NCBI GenBank assembly: GCA_046153645.1
Contig: JBJXGI010000056.1
Coordinates: 1 to 64,000, forward strand
Length of the DNA stretch: 64,000 nucleotides
Direction: 5' to 3'
Source of the DNA: Elusimicrobiota bacterium
GTDB lineage: Bacteria; Elusimicrobiota; Elusimicrobia; F11
Positions 39,400-49,274 of this stretch are shown piece after piece. Numbering within the stretch: position 1 is the first letter of the stretch; every line of letters begins with the position of its first letter. Under the pieces are notes generated by a model. The model did not search any database and had not been told where the DNA came from. It saw only the letters and a list, made by a program, of their open reading frames with translations. The translations under genes and the position numbers were made by a program.

Positions 39400-39537
39400 T
39401 TTGAAAATAACATAGGTGTTATCTTCAAAAAACAATGGCGTTCGAACCTTTCGGGTCGAATGCTTTTTTTTTGTCTTTTAATTGTGCCAATGAAGGCGCT
39501 CATCCACCAGGAGTGTGGGGTTGAGCGCTTTTTTTTT
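39400..39537 (+). ncRNA. ANTAR-type antitermination leader: three hexaloop hairpins and two intrinsic terminators
   Basis: ATAAC-ATAGGT-GTTAT; AAC-AATGGC-GTT overlapping terminator GCGTTCGA..TCGAATGC-T9; GCC-AATGAA-GGC overlapping terminator GGCGCTCA..TGAGCGCT-Tn; all loops have A1 and G4. Confidence 0.8.
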
Positions 39538-39558
39538 GTAATTACAGGGGAATAAAGG

Positions 39559-41994
39559 ATGGAACGGAAACATTTAGTTGTTATTGGAAATGGAATGGCT
39601 GGGATGGCCTGTCTTGACCAAATCCTCCAAAAAAAACCTTTTTTAACGATTACCGTTATAGGGGAAGAACCCCATTATAACTATAACCGTATTCTTCTCT
39701 CCTCGGTTTTAGCAGGAGAAAAAGCCTTCGATGATATTTTCATTAATACCAAAGAGTGGTATGAACAAAATCAAATTGAGCTTCTTCTTAATACCAAAGT
39801 ACTTGATGTTAATTCCAAACAAAAAACCATCACAACTTCAAACAATCAAATAATTCCTTATGACATGCTTTTGTTGGCAACGGGAAGTAACCCGTTCATT
39901 CCTCCGATTGAGGATGTTAAAAAAGAAGGTGTTTTCGTTTTTAGAAATATTTCGGATACACAAAGAATGATCGAAATGGCCAAACAATCCAAAAAAGCGG
40001 TCGTGATTGGAGGGGGATTGTTGGGGTTGGAAGCAGCTCGCGGATTGCAATCACATGGACCTGAAGTGACGGTGGTTCATAACAGTGATGTCCTTATGAA
40101 TGCCCAGTTAGATAAAGTGGGAAGTCAATTCTTAAAAAGAGAAATTGAAAAGATCGGGATTCAAATTTTTCTTGGAAAGGTGAGTGAGAAATTTTTAGGA
40201 AATGGAAAAGTAGAAGGGGTTCAATTTAAAGATGGCAGTCGATTAGAAGCCGATATGGTCGTCATTTCCTGTGGTATTCGCCCGAATATTGAGTTAGGGG
40301 TTAAAGCGGGACTTGAGGTCAACAGAGGAATTTTGGTTAATGATTTTATGGAAACCAGCGATCCCTCTATTTTTGCCGTTGGTGAATGTGTTGAGCATAG
40401 AGGGGTTACTTATGGTCTTGTTGCTCCTCTTTACGATCAAGGTCGAGTTTTAGCCAATACTCTCACCGGTGACAAAGGCCCCGTTTATGAAGGCTCAACG
40501 CCAGCGGCAAAACTCAAAGTGATGGGTATTGAGCTTTTTTCAGCCGGCACCATGAATCCTTCCGGTGAAAATATTGATGCGATTACTTATGAAGACCACA
40601 TTGAAGGGCTCTACAAAAAAGTACTGCTAAAAAACAATGAAATTATTGGAACAATTCTTATTGGTGATTCAAAAGATGCCAATCGATTTTTAGAGCGAAT
40701 GAGAAAAAAAGAAAAGATTGGTCGAAAACATAACCTATTGTTTGAACTCCCTGCTGAAATCGGATCTAAAGACGATGTCATGGCCCGCCCTGATACCGAT
40801 ATTATTTGTGGTTGTATTGGTGTTTCCAAAGGGCAAATGATGGAAGCGGTTCGAGAAAAAGGGTGTAAAAGTGTATCTGATATGAAGGCTTGCACAAAAG
40901 CGACTTCTGGTTGTGGCACTTGTACGGGACTTGTTAAAGATATTTTAAAGGCCATGGTGGGCACAGAATTAAAAGAAGAAAAAAAAGAAACAGTCTGTGC
41001 TTGCATTCCCTTTTCTAAGGTACAACTAAGAACGATTATTCAAACTCAGAAACTAAAGTCAGTTCAAGATTTATTGGATATTTATGGCAATGGCACCGGT
41101 TGTTCATCTTGTAAACCGGCCTTAGCCTTTATTGTGGATGAAGCCCTTATGGGAGAACATGAAGAAGATCGATCAACAAGATATATCAATGATCGAGTTC
41201 ATGCGAATATTCAGAAAGACGGAACATTTTCCGTTATCCCCAGAATGAGAGGTGGCGTGACCTCTTCTGATGAATTACGAAAAATTGCTGATGCCGCAGA
41301 TAAATATAAGGTCAAGATGGTGAAAGTCACTGGGAGTCAACGAATTGATTTATTGGGAGTGAAAAAAGAAGATCTTCCTAAGATGTGGGCTGATTTAGGA
41401 ATGCCATCAGGGCACGCCTATGCGAAAGCGGTTCGAATGGTTAAGTCTTGTGTGGGCACCGATTTTTGTCGTTTTGGGACCCAAAATTCTATTGAGACGG
41501 GAATCCATCTTGAGAAAATGTTGGAAGGTTTATACACCCCGGCCAAAGTGAAATTGGGAGTCGTTGGATGTCCGCGCAATTGCGCTGAGGCCACTGTTAA
41601 AGATATTGGGCTCGTTGGAATTGAGGGAGGGTGGCAAGTGGTCATTGGAGGGGCCGCGGGGAAAATAGTGCGAGAGGCGGATATCTTGTCAACTGTGCAA
41701 ACCACGGATGACGCCTACGAAGCCGTTTGTTTGTTTTTTCAGTTTTATAGAGAAAATGGTGAATATTTAGAAAGAACTTACGATTTTGTTGAAAGAGTGG
41801 GTTTAAAAAAAATCAGGGAGGAAACCGTATTGGCCTCTTCGGAAAATAAAAAAGCATTGTTAGATCGGTTAGCGAAATCAAAAGAAAAAGTTGTGGATCC
41901 TTGGGCAGTAGAAGCGTCTCGTCCTATTCATCCAACTCAATTTAGTGATTTTGTTTTACCGAAAGACAAAGAGGCCTTGGTGAATGTGAAATGA
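39559..41994 (+). CDS. nirB: NAD(P)H nitrite reductase large subunit
   Basis: GNGMAG FAD site, GGGLLGLEAA, two BFD-like Cys clusters, HANIQKDGT, CVGTDFC...GCPRNC siroheme/4Fe-4S ligands. Confidence 0.96.
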   Translation: MERKHLVVIGNGMAGMACLDQILQKKPFLTITVIGEEPHYNYNRILLSSVLAGEKAFDDIFINTKEWYEQNQIELLLNTKVLDVNSKQKTITTSNNQIIPYDMLLLATGSNPFIPPIEDVKKEGVFVFRNISDTQRMIEMAKQSKKAVVIGGGLLGLEAARGLQSHGPEVTVVHNSDVLMNAQLDKVGSQFLKREIEKIGIQIFLGKVSEKFLGNGKVEGVQFKDGSRLEADMVVISCGIRPNIELGVKAGLEVNRGILVNDFMETSDPSIFAVGECVEHRGVTYGLVAPLYDQGRVLANTLTGDKGPVYEGSTPAAKLKVMGIELFSAGTMNPSGENIDAITYEDHIEGLYKKVLLKNNEIIGTILIGDSKDANRFLERMRKKEKIGRKHNLLFELPAEIGSKDDVMARPDTDIICGCIGVSKGQMMEAVREKGCKSVSDMKACTKATSGCGTCTGLVKDILKAMVGTELKEEKKETVCACIPFSKVQLRTIIQTQKLKSVQDLLDIYGNGTGCSSCKPALAFIVDEALMGEHEEDRSTRYINDRVHANIQKDGTFSVIPRMRGGVTSSDELRKIADAADKYKVKMVKVTGSQRIDLLGVKKEDLPKMWADLGMPSGHAYAKAVRMVKSCVGTDFCRFGTQNSIETGIHLEKMLEGLYTPAKVKLGVVGCPRNCAEATVKDIGLVGIEGGWQVVIGGAAGKIVREADILSTVQTTDDAYEAVCLFFQFYRENGEYLERTYDFVERVGLKKIREETVLASSENKKALLDRLAKSKEKVVDPWAVEASRPIHPTQFSDFVLPKDKEALVNVK

Positions 41995-42716
41995 GTGAAA
42001 TAATAAATAAGAATATTCATTGGGTTCCTGTCGCTAATAAAAACTTAATTCCGAAAAACGAAGGGAGAAAAGTTATTTGGGGGAAAAAAAAGATCGCAAT
42101 TTTTAATTTGGGGGATGAGTTTTTGGCTGTTGATAACCAATGCCCTCATAAACAAGGGCCATTGGCTGACGGAATTACAGCCGGAAAAGCGGTGTATTGC
42201 CCCCTTCATAATTGGAAAATAGATTTAAAAACGGGATGTACCTTGGCAGGGGGAGAAGGGAAAGTGAAATCCTATCCCGTCATGATCAAGGGGTCTGATA
42301 TTTACATCGGTTTTGAAACCGTGGAGAAGGATATTCAAATGAAAGAAATCTTGGCGATTATTCGACCTAATAAGTGGGGAGAAACCAAAAAAAAGTTGAC
42401 CGAAATAGGTGTTAATGCCTTTACTCAAAGAAGAGTTTATGGAAGAGGAAAACAAAAGGGCCTGACCTATCGAGCCAATAAAAATGAAGGGCCCTCTTCT
42501 CAAACCGGGATTCAATTTATTCCTAAAAGAATGATTTTAATTGTTGTCCCTGAATCACAAGTTAAATTGGTTGTGAATGGTCTTATTGAAGTAAATCAAA
42601 CAGGGGCTATTGGAGACGGAAAGATTTTTATTTCTCAAATGAATGAGGTTATTTTAATTCGCACTGGTGAAAAAGAAAATCAAATAAAAGAGATTGAAGA
42701 AGAGGTGATGATATGA
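41991..42716 (+). CDS. nirD: NirD Rieske subunit fused in frame to a NifI2-like PII domain
   Basis: aa 1-116 carry Rieske ligands CPH...CPLH; aa 117-241 read MKEILAIIRPNK...GRGKQKG...PKRMI...NQTGAIGDGKIF...IRTGE. Confidence 0.88.
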   Translation: MSEIINKNIHWVPVANKNLIPKNEGRKVIWGKKKIAIFNLGDEFLAVDNQCPHKQGPLADGITAGKAVYCPLHNWKIDLKTGCTLAGGEGKVKSYPVMIKGSDIYIGFETVEKDIQMKEILAIIRPNKWGETKKKLTEIGVNAFTQRRVYGRGKQKGLTYRANKNEGPSSQTGIQFIPKRMILIVVPESQVKLVVNGLIEVNQTGAIGDGKIFISQMNEVILIRTGEKENQIKEIEEEVMI

Positions 42717-43030
42717 AAATGATTCGAGCCATTGTAAGACCGGAAAAAGAAGAAGCCGTGGTCAAGTCACTAGATGAAGCAGGTTTTCCTTCCATTACCA
42801 AGTTTGATGTATTAGGGCGTGGAAAACAAAAAGGGATTCAAATTGCTAATTCCGTTTATGATGAACTGGCTAAAAGTTTTTTGATGTTAGTTGTCGATGA
42901 TAGCGCACTTCCGAGAGCTGTAGAAGCCATTCAATCAGGAGCTCGCACGGGTAATTTCGGTGATGGGAAAATTTTTGTCACTGATGTTGCAGCCGCTTAT
43001 ACCATTCGTACTGGAAAAGAAGGACTTTAA
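42713..43030 (+). CDS. PII-family protein, NifI1-like
   Basis: MKMIRAIVRPEK, GRGKQKGI...YDEL.K, TGNFGDGKIFV, AYTIRTG; 105 aa with short T-loop. Confidence 0.88.
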   Translation: MKMIRAIVRPEKEEAVVKSLDEAGFPSITKFDVLGRGKQKGIQIANSVYDELAKSFLMLVVDDSALPRAVEAIQSGARTGNFGDGKIFVTDVAAAYTIRTGKEGL

Positions 43031-43047
43031 CTAAAAAAGGAGAAAAT

Positions 43048-44364
43048 ATGCTGAAAGGTAAAAATCTGATCAGGGGGATTTGGTTTGCTTTCATTGTAGT
43101 GTCGTTGGGCGTTGTCCAAACGTGGGCTGATATCACCTTTAGCGGTGAATTCCGGCTTCGCCCCGAATATAAAAAAAATGCCGATTTTAATAAGGCAACC
43201 AAAGACACGCAATCATTTGTAGGTTCCAGATTACGTATTTCTGGGGCTGGTTTAGCGGCAGAAGATATTGCAGTTAAAGTTACTTTTCAAGATACACGTA
43301 ATTGGGGTGAGGAACCAGGTTCTGGTGCGGTTAATGGCCTTACAGATAGTGGTGAGGCTATTGATATCCATGAAGGATTCGTTGATTTTCAGAATTTTTT
43401 AAAAACGCCCTTTTCATTTCGAGCGGGAAGACAAGAATTGTCTTTTGGTGATCAAAGACTGATTGGGTCTTTTGGGTGGAATAATCAAGGCAGAGCCTTC
43501 GATGCTTTTCGATTGATGTATGTTGGAAACCAGTTTATGGTTGATGCGTGGACAGCCAAGAGAAAAGAAAATAATGCAACCACAGCGGGTGTTCCTTCTA
43601 ACGATCGAGATTTTTCGGGTATATATGGGACAATGAAACCTGTTTTTCCTGGAGCTTTATTAGACGTCTATTTTCTTCATGACAGAGAAGGGGATACCAC
43701 CGGTAATGCAGAGCCAAAAAATGTTTACACGTATGGACTGCGACTTTCTGGTAAAAATGGTTTCATCGATTACACGGTGGAAGCGCCATTTCAATTCGGA
43801 CAGAATGGTACAGTTGTTGGCGTTTCATCTGATTCAGTTAAAATTTCGGCAAACGCATTGGCTGCTAAAGTCGGTTTTACAATCCCTGGAGATAAAGAAA
43901 TAAGATTCGGGACTGAATATGATTATGCTTCTGGCGATGATAATTTGTCAGATACCAAAGCCAAAACATTCAATAATTTGTACCCCACCAATCATCTTTT
44001 TTATGGATATATGGACTATCAAGGATGGAGAAATCTAAGTGCTTGGAATGCAAATTTAAGTTTCAAACCTCAAAGGCCTTGGTTCCTTTCAATTCATTAC
44101 TGGGTTTTCAATTTAGCTGAGGAGAAAGATGGCTGGTATAACGCCGCTGGCACGGCTTCAGGTTCTTTACGTGCTGCCTCTAGTGCCAATACGGAAAAAA
44201 ATATTGGGCAAGAAATAGATTTATTGGCTCGATTTACTCAAAGCTCTCGTGTTATTTGGGAGTTTGGTTATAGCCGTTTTTTTGCTGGAGACTTAATAGA
44301 TCAAAGAGTTGCCAATGACTCTGCTTCTGACTGGGCATATGTTATGAGCACCATTAAATTTTAA
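43048..44364 (+). CDS. Outer-membrane beta-barrel porin (alginate-export/AlgE-like)
   Basis: Signal peptide, GEFRLRPE, GRQELSFGDQRLIG, YASGD, LYPTNH, terminal F. Confidence 0.8.
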   Translation: MLKGKNLIRGIWFAFIVVSLGVVQTWADITFSGEFRLRPEYKKNADFNKATKDTQSFVGSRLRISGAGLAAEDIAVKVTFQDTRNWGEEPGSGAVNGLTDSGEAIDIHEGFVDFQNFLKTPFSFRAGRQELSFGDQRLIGSFGWNNQGRAFDAFRLMYVGNQFMVDAWTAKRKENNATTAGVPSNDRDFSGIYGTMKPVFPGALLDVYFLHDREGDTTGNAEPKNVYTYGLRLSGKNGFIDYTVEAPFQFGQNGTVVGVSSDSVKISANALAAKVGFTIPGDKEIRFGTEYDYASGDDNLSDTKAKTFNNLYPTNHLFYGYMDYQGWRNLSAWNANLSFKPQRPWFLSIHYWVFNLAEEKDGWYNAAGTASGSLRAASSANTEKNIGQEIDLLARFTQSSRVIWEFGYSRFFAGDLIDQRVANDSASDWAYVMSTIKF

Positions 44365-44380
44365 TTCAAAGGAGAAAAAC

Positions 44381-45688
44381 ATGAAAGATTTAAATAAAAA
44401 TAATGAAAATAAAAAAGAAGATTTGTTGACGAATTTAGATCAAGAAATTTCAAGAAGAAATTTTTTGAAAGGGGCTGGGGTATTAGCGGCTAGTTTAATG
44501 ATCCCAAGCGTTTTTAAATCGATGATTCCAGGTGCTTATGCTTCTGATGCTCCGGAAACAACAACCATGCGTTTTGGAATTATTGCCTTAACAGATTGCG
44601 CTTCAATTGTTATGGCGCATGAATTGGGTTTATTTAAAAAATACGGAATTAATTCTGTTATTTCTAAAGAAGCGTCCTGGGCGGTTATACGCGATAAATT
44701 GAATTTGGGAGAAAATCATGCCACACACATGTTATTAGGAATGCCCTATGCTTCTACGATGGGCCTCTTGGGTTCTCCCAAGCGACCGATGGTCATTCCG
44801 TTGGTACTGAACCGAAATGGACAAGGCATCACACTTCAAAAAAAATATGCTGGAAAAGTAAAAAATCCAGCTGATTTAAAAACATTTGTTTACCAAGCTA
44901 AAATGGGGGGCAGCCCTCTCAACTTTGCTATGACGTTTCCTCCTGGAACTCATGCGATGTGGTTAAGATATTGGTTGGCTTCAGGAGGTATTCATCCCGA
45001 TCGAGACGTGTCCTTAATTACAGTTCCTCCTCCACAAATGGTTCAGAATATGCGAATCGATAAAATGGATGGATACTGCGTGGGCGAACCATGGAATGGG
45101 CGAGCCATTTCTGATGGGATTGGGTTTACTGTGACGAGTTCTCAGAAAATCTGGAAAGATCATCCTGAAAAAGTTTTGGCTTTCACTGAAGATTTTGCTC
45201 ATAAAAACCCGAATTCTGTAAAAGCAGCCATGAAAGCGATTATAGAAGCAAGTCAATTTATAGACAAAATGGAAAACAGAGAAAAAGTAGCTGAAATAGT
45301 TTGTAAACCGCAATACATCAATTGCCCCAAAGAAGTGATTTTAGACCGACTTCAAGGAAAGTATAACTATGGAGATGGCAGTCCGATCGAGCAAGACCCA
45401 AACTACATGACGTTTTTTGATCGAAATACCAATTTTCCATATAAATCACATGGGCTTTGGTTTATGAGTCAGTTTCGTCGATGGGGAATGGTCAAGGGGA
45501 CGCCGGATTATAATTCGGTTATCAATAAGGTTCATCGACCTGATATTTTTAGGGAAGTAGCCAAAGAAATGAAGTTGTCTGTTCCAACAGAAGATATGAA
45601 AAAAGAAACTTTATTTGATGGAAAAATTTTCGATCCTTCAAATCCTGAAGCTTACGCGAAAAGTTTTTCTATTCATAATTTGGCTTAA
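44381..45688 (+). CDS. nrtA: Nitrate/nitrite ABC transporter substrate-binding protein (NrtA/CmpA family), Tat signal
   Basis: SRRNFLK; GIIALTDCA, TFPPGTH, VPPPQMV, CVGEPW, HPEK. Confidence 0.9.
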   Translation: MKDLNKNNENKKEDLLTNLDQEISRRNFLKGAGVLAASLMIPSVFKSMIPGAYASDAPETTTMRFGIIALTDCASIVMAHELGLFKKYGINSVISKEASWAVIRDKLNLGENHATHMLLGMPYASTMGLLGSPKRPMVIPLVLNRNGQGITLQKKYAGKVKNPADLKTFVYQAKMGGSPLNFAMTFPPGTHAMWLRYWLASGGIHPDRDVSLITVPPPQMVQNMRIDKMDGYCVGEPWNGRAISDGIGFTVTSSQKIWKDHPEKVLAFTEDFAHKNPNSVKAAMKAIIEASQFIDKMENREKVAEIVCKPQYINCPKEVILDRLQGKYNYGDGSPIEQDPNYMTFFDRNTNFPYKSHGLWFMSQFRRWGMVKGTPDYNSVINKVHRPDIFREVAKEMKLSVPTEDMKKETLFDGKIFDPSNPEAYAKSFSIHNLA

Positions 45689-45698
45689 AGGAGGCAAT

Positions 45699-46472
45699 GT
45701 GACTAAAAAATTTGATTGGCCATCAGTCATTTTACCTTTCTGTGGAATAATTTTTATTCTTATTCTTTGGACAATGGTGAGTAAAACGATAGCAAAAGAC
45801 TTGCCCACACCTTGGGTGACATGGCAAGAAAGCAAAATATATATTCTCAATCCTTTTTTCAAGGAAGGAGAAATGAATCAAGGAATGGGACGGTTGGCTT
45901 TTTACAGTCTTGTCAGGGTTGCAAAAGGGTTTACACTGGCTCTTATTTTGGCAACGCCTTTAGGTTTTTTAATTGGGCTTTCAAAAAAAATGTCTCAGGC
46001 TTTTGATCCGATTATCCAAGTTCTTAGACCTATTTCACCGCTGGCATGGTTGCCACTGGGTATGATTATTTTTCAAAAATCAGAACCCGCCGGTATTTTT
46101 ACTATTGCTGTTTGTGCGATGTGGCCAACGGTTTTAAATACGGCTGTTGGTGTCCGTCGAATTAATACAGATTATCTTAATGTTGGTCGTGTCTTAAAGT
46201 TATCCCCAACAAAAATGTTTTTTAAGATTATTATGCCGGCGACCATGCCTTATGTTTTTACCGGATATCGGTTAAGTTTGGGAATCGCTTGGCTTGTGAT
46301 TGTGGCCAGTGAAATGTTAACGGGGTCTCCTGGTATTGGCGGATTTTTGTGGCAGGAATACAATGCTTTGATTTATTCCCATATTATTTTGGCCATTATC
46401 ACCATCGGTGTTATTGGTTTTATTTTAGATCGCATGATGGGTATGGTCGAAAAGAAATTTCAGGTAGGTTAA
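45699..46472 (+). CDS. nrtB: Nitrate ABC transporter permease
   Basis: LRPISPLAWLP, LGIAWLVIVASEML; GTG start after AAGGAGG. Confidence 0.9.
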   Translation: MTKKFDWPSVILPFCGIIFILILWTMVSKTIAKDLPTPWVTWQESKIYILNPFFKEGEMNQGMGRLAFYSLVRVAKGFTLALILATPLGFLIGLSKKMSQAFDPIIQVLRPISPLAWLPLGMIIFQKSEPAGIFTIAVCAMWPTVLNTAVGVRRINTDYLNVGRVLKLSPTKMFFKIIMPATMPYVFTGYRLSLGIAWLVIVASEMLTGSPGIGGFLWQEYNALIYSHIILAIITIGVIGFILDRMMGMVEKKFQVG

Positions 46473-46480
46473 GAGAATTT

Positions 46481-47251
46481 ATGAGTTTTCTTGAAATTAA
46501 AAACGGTGCCAAAAGTTTCTCTTCTGAAAAAGGTGAGATTAATGTTTTAAAAGACATTAACCTTTCTATGGAGGAAGGTGAGTTTGTTTCGATTGTGGGT
46601 TATTCTGGTTCAGGAAAAACAACTTTGGTTTCTATGATTGCAGGGCTTATCCGGCCTGATCAAGGAAAAATAACTTTGGCTGGAAAAGAAATTGTTGCTC
46701 CTGGGCCAGATCGAGGCGTTATTTTTCAAAACTATTCTCTTTTGCCATGGATGAATGTTTATGAAAATGTTTTTTTGGCGGTTGATGCGGTTTCTCAAAA
46801 TCTCTCCCCAAAAGAAAAAAAAGAAAAAACAGAATCGTATATCAACTTAGTTAAGTTGGGTGCGGCGATGAGCAAAAAACCCAGTGAACTGAGTGGTGGC
46901 ATGCGGCAACGGGTTTCTGTGGCGCGTGGATTAGCGATGGAGCCCAAAGTGTTACTTCTTGATGAGCCTTTTAGTGCGTTAGATGCTTTAACACGCTCTT
47001 CTTTGCAAGATGAACTTCAAAGAATTTGGACTGAAACCAAAAAAACCATCATCATGATCACAAACGATGTTGATGAGGCTATTTTATTAGCGAATCGTAT
47101 TTTCCCACTCACTAAAGGGCCCGGGGCCACTTTAGGTGATGAAATACCTGTTCATATTTCAAGACCACGGAGTACTCGAAAGCTGAGCTTAGAACCAGGT
47201 TATAAAGAAGTTAAAAAAAAGATTGTTGATTTTTTAATAAAAAATTTATGA
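46481..47251 (+). CDS. nrtC: Nitrate ABC transporter ATP-binding subunit
   Basis: GYSGSGKT, LSGGMRQR, LLLDEPF. Confidence 0.85.
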   Translation: MSFLEIKNGAKSFSSEKGEINVLKDINLSMEEGEFVSIVGYSGSGKTTLVSMIAGLIRPDQGKITLAGKEIVAPGPDRGVIFQNYSLLPWMNVYENVFLAVDAVSQNLSPKEKKEKTESYINLVKLGAAMSKKPSELSGGMRQRVSVARGLAMEPKVLLLDEPFSALDALTRSSLQDELQRIWTETKKTIIMITNDVDEAILLANRIFPLTKGPGATLGDEIPVHISRPRSTRKLSLEPGYKEVKKKIVDFLIKNL

Positions 47252-48090
47252 AAAAGATCTTAGAAATTTCTCAACTTGGTAAATCCTACCCCACTCCCAG
47301 TGGAGGAGAGGCTGTTATTGTTAAAAATTTTAATTTGGACATTCAAGAGGGTGAATTCGTTTCTATTTTGGGACATTCAGGCTGCGGAAAATCAACCGTT
47401 CTGTCTATTGTTATGGGGTTAAGCGAATTATCATATGGAGGTGTTATCCTCGGAGGACGAGAAATTGATGGCCCTGGAATAGACCGAGGCGTGGTTTTTC
47501 AAGCGGCCTGTCTTTTTCCGTGGTTTTCAGTCATTGAAAATATTCTTATTTCGATTGACCAGGTTCATAATTTAAAAACAAAAAAAGAAAAACGAGAGTT
47601 GGCCCAGTATTATTTAAAGTTGGTTGGATTGGAAGGCAGTGAGAACCGTTATCCCAATGAAATGTCGGCGGGGATGAGGCAACGAGTGGGAATTGCGCGC
47701 GCCTTTGCTATGGAGCCCAAAATTTTACTTTTAGATGAACCTTTTAGTTTGCTTGACGCTTTAACGCGGCTTGAACTTCAAAGCCAATTAACTCGAATTT
47801 GGGAACAGGATAAAAAAACAGTGCTTATGGTGACTCATGACGTTGATGAAGCTTTGTTTTTGTCTGATCGAATTGTCATGATGACATCAGGTCCGGCGGC
47901 GGGTATTGGAAAAATTATTTCTGTTCCGTTTGATCGCCCTCGCGATCAAGCTCAATTGTTTAATCACCCAGATTATTTTTGGATGAGAGATAGACTCACC
48001 AATTTTTTAGAAGATCAATCGCATCAAAAAAAAGATAGAGAAGCTTCCGGTGAAGAGCGAGTTAAGATGGAAGCTGTCGTTGATCAATAG
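47248..48090 (+). CDS. nrtD: Nitrate ABC transporter ATP-binding subunit
   Basis: [24 protein letters not shown]. Confidence 0.85.
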   Translation: MKKILEISQLGKSYPTPSGGEAVIVKNFNLDIQEGEFVSILGHSGCGKSTVLSIVMGLSELSYGGVILGGREIDGPGIDRGVVFQAACLFPWFSVIENILISIDQVHNLKTKKEKRELAQYYLKLVGLEGSENRYPNEMSAGMRQRVGIARAFAMEPKILLLDEPFSLLDALTRLELQSQLTRIWEQDKKTVLMVTHDVDEALFLSDRIVMMTSGPAAGIGKIISVPFDRPRDQAQLFNHPDYFWMRDRLTNFLEDQSHQKKDREASGEERVKMEAVVDQ

Positions 48091-48112
48091 GTATGTTAAT
48101 AGGAGGGGAATT

Positions 48113-48262
48113 ATGTTTGGAAATTTAGGAATGGGTGAATTGCTCATTATTTTTTTGATTGTTCTTCTGTTGTTCGGTTCGAAAAGACTCCCTGATCTTG
48201 CCAAGGGAATAGGCCATGCCATAAAAGTATTTAAAGACGAAATAAATGGGATTCGAAAGTAA
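48113..48262 (+). CDS. tatA: Twin-arginine translocase TatA (short)
   Basis: [43 protein letters not shown]. Confidence 0.9.
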   Translation: MFGNLGMGELLIIFLIVLLLFGSKRLPDLAKGIGHAIKVFKDEINGIRK

Positions 48263-49271
48263 TTCTTTCCAACCTCCTGTCGTAACAACTGAAGATGGTT
48301 TTCGTCGAAGAGTTTCTTACTTAAGAATCTCACTAACGGATCGTTGTAATTTACGATGTCGTTATTGCATGCCAAAAGAGAAAATATCTTTTTTTCCTGA
48401 AGATGAAATACTCACCAATGATGAATTGAAACGATTGATTCAAGTGTTTGCTTCTTTGGGAGTTACGAAAATACGTCTCACGGGGGGAGAGCCACTTTTA
48501 AGAAAAGGTTTAGAAGAGGTTCTCAGTTATATTTATCTCCAAGGAGTTAAAGATGTTTCCATGACAACCAATGGAATATTTTTGGCGCGTCGTTTGGAAT
48601 CCCTTCAAGAGGCAGGATTAAAGAGAATTAATATTAGTTTAGATACTTTTCGTTTGGACCGATTTGAATTAATAACAACTTCTAGAAATATAAATAAAGT
48701 TATTGAGGGAATTCATAAATCCATTGAGATGGGTTTAAGCCCTGTCAAAATTAATATGGTTGTTATGAAGGGCTGGAATGATGACGAAATTCCAGATTTT
48801 GTTCGATTCGCTTATAATCATTTTGTTGAAGTTCGATTTTTAGAACTCATGCCCACCAAAAATACGTTCGAAGGAACGTCCCTGGTAACCAAAGACGCTT
48901 TTTTCCCTGTAGCATCTATCCGAACAGAAGTTGAAAAATATGTTCAGTTGGGTTTTGAAGATCCAATCGCAGGGGTCGCGCGGACCTATCCAATAAAAGG
49001 GGGGAAAGGAAAAATCGGGTTTGTGAGTCCTGTTTCAAATCATTTTTGTGGATCCTGTAATCGCATTCGTTTAACTTCGACGGGGGGGCTTAAAACCTGT
49101 CTTCATGGAAATGATGTTGTTGATTTGAAATCGTTATTACGAAAAGGATCCTCGAATGAAGATATTTCAAAAGCCATTAGGGCCGCTCTTTTTATTAAAC
49201 CTCCTGAACATTTTATTCGTCCTGACCATTTTGTGAGCTCTTCTTTGCAAATGTCTCAAGTGGGCGGCTAA
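48246..49271 (+). CDS. moaA: GTP 3',8-cyclase
   Basis: [27 protein letters not shown], terminal GG. Confidence 0.96.
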   Translation: MGFESNSFQPPVVTTEDGFRRRVSYLRISLTDRCNLRCRYCMPKEKISFFPEDEILTNDELKRLIQVFASLGVTKIRLTGGEPLLRKGLEEVLSYIYLQGVKDVSMTTNGIFLARRLESLQEAGLKRINISLDTFRLDRFELITTSRNINKVIEGIHKSIEMGLSPVKINMVVMKGWNDDEIPDFVRFAYNHFVEVRFLELMPTKNTFEGTSLVTKDAFFPVASIRTEVEKYVQLGFEDPIAGVARTYPIKGGKGKIGFVSPVSNHFCGSCNRIRLTSTGGLKTCLHGNDVVDLKSLLRKGSSNEDISKAIRAALFIKPPEHFIRPDHFVSSSLQMSQVGG

Positions 49272-49274
49272 ACC

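Noticed and set aside
41991..43030. NifI-like genes as evidence of nitrogen fixation
   Set aside because: No nifH, nifD or nifK in the window; the context is nitrate assimilation
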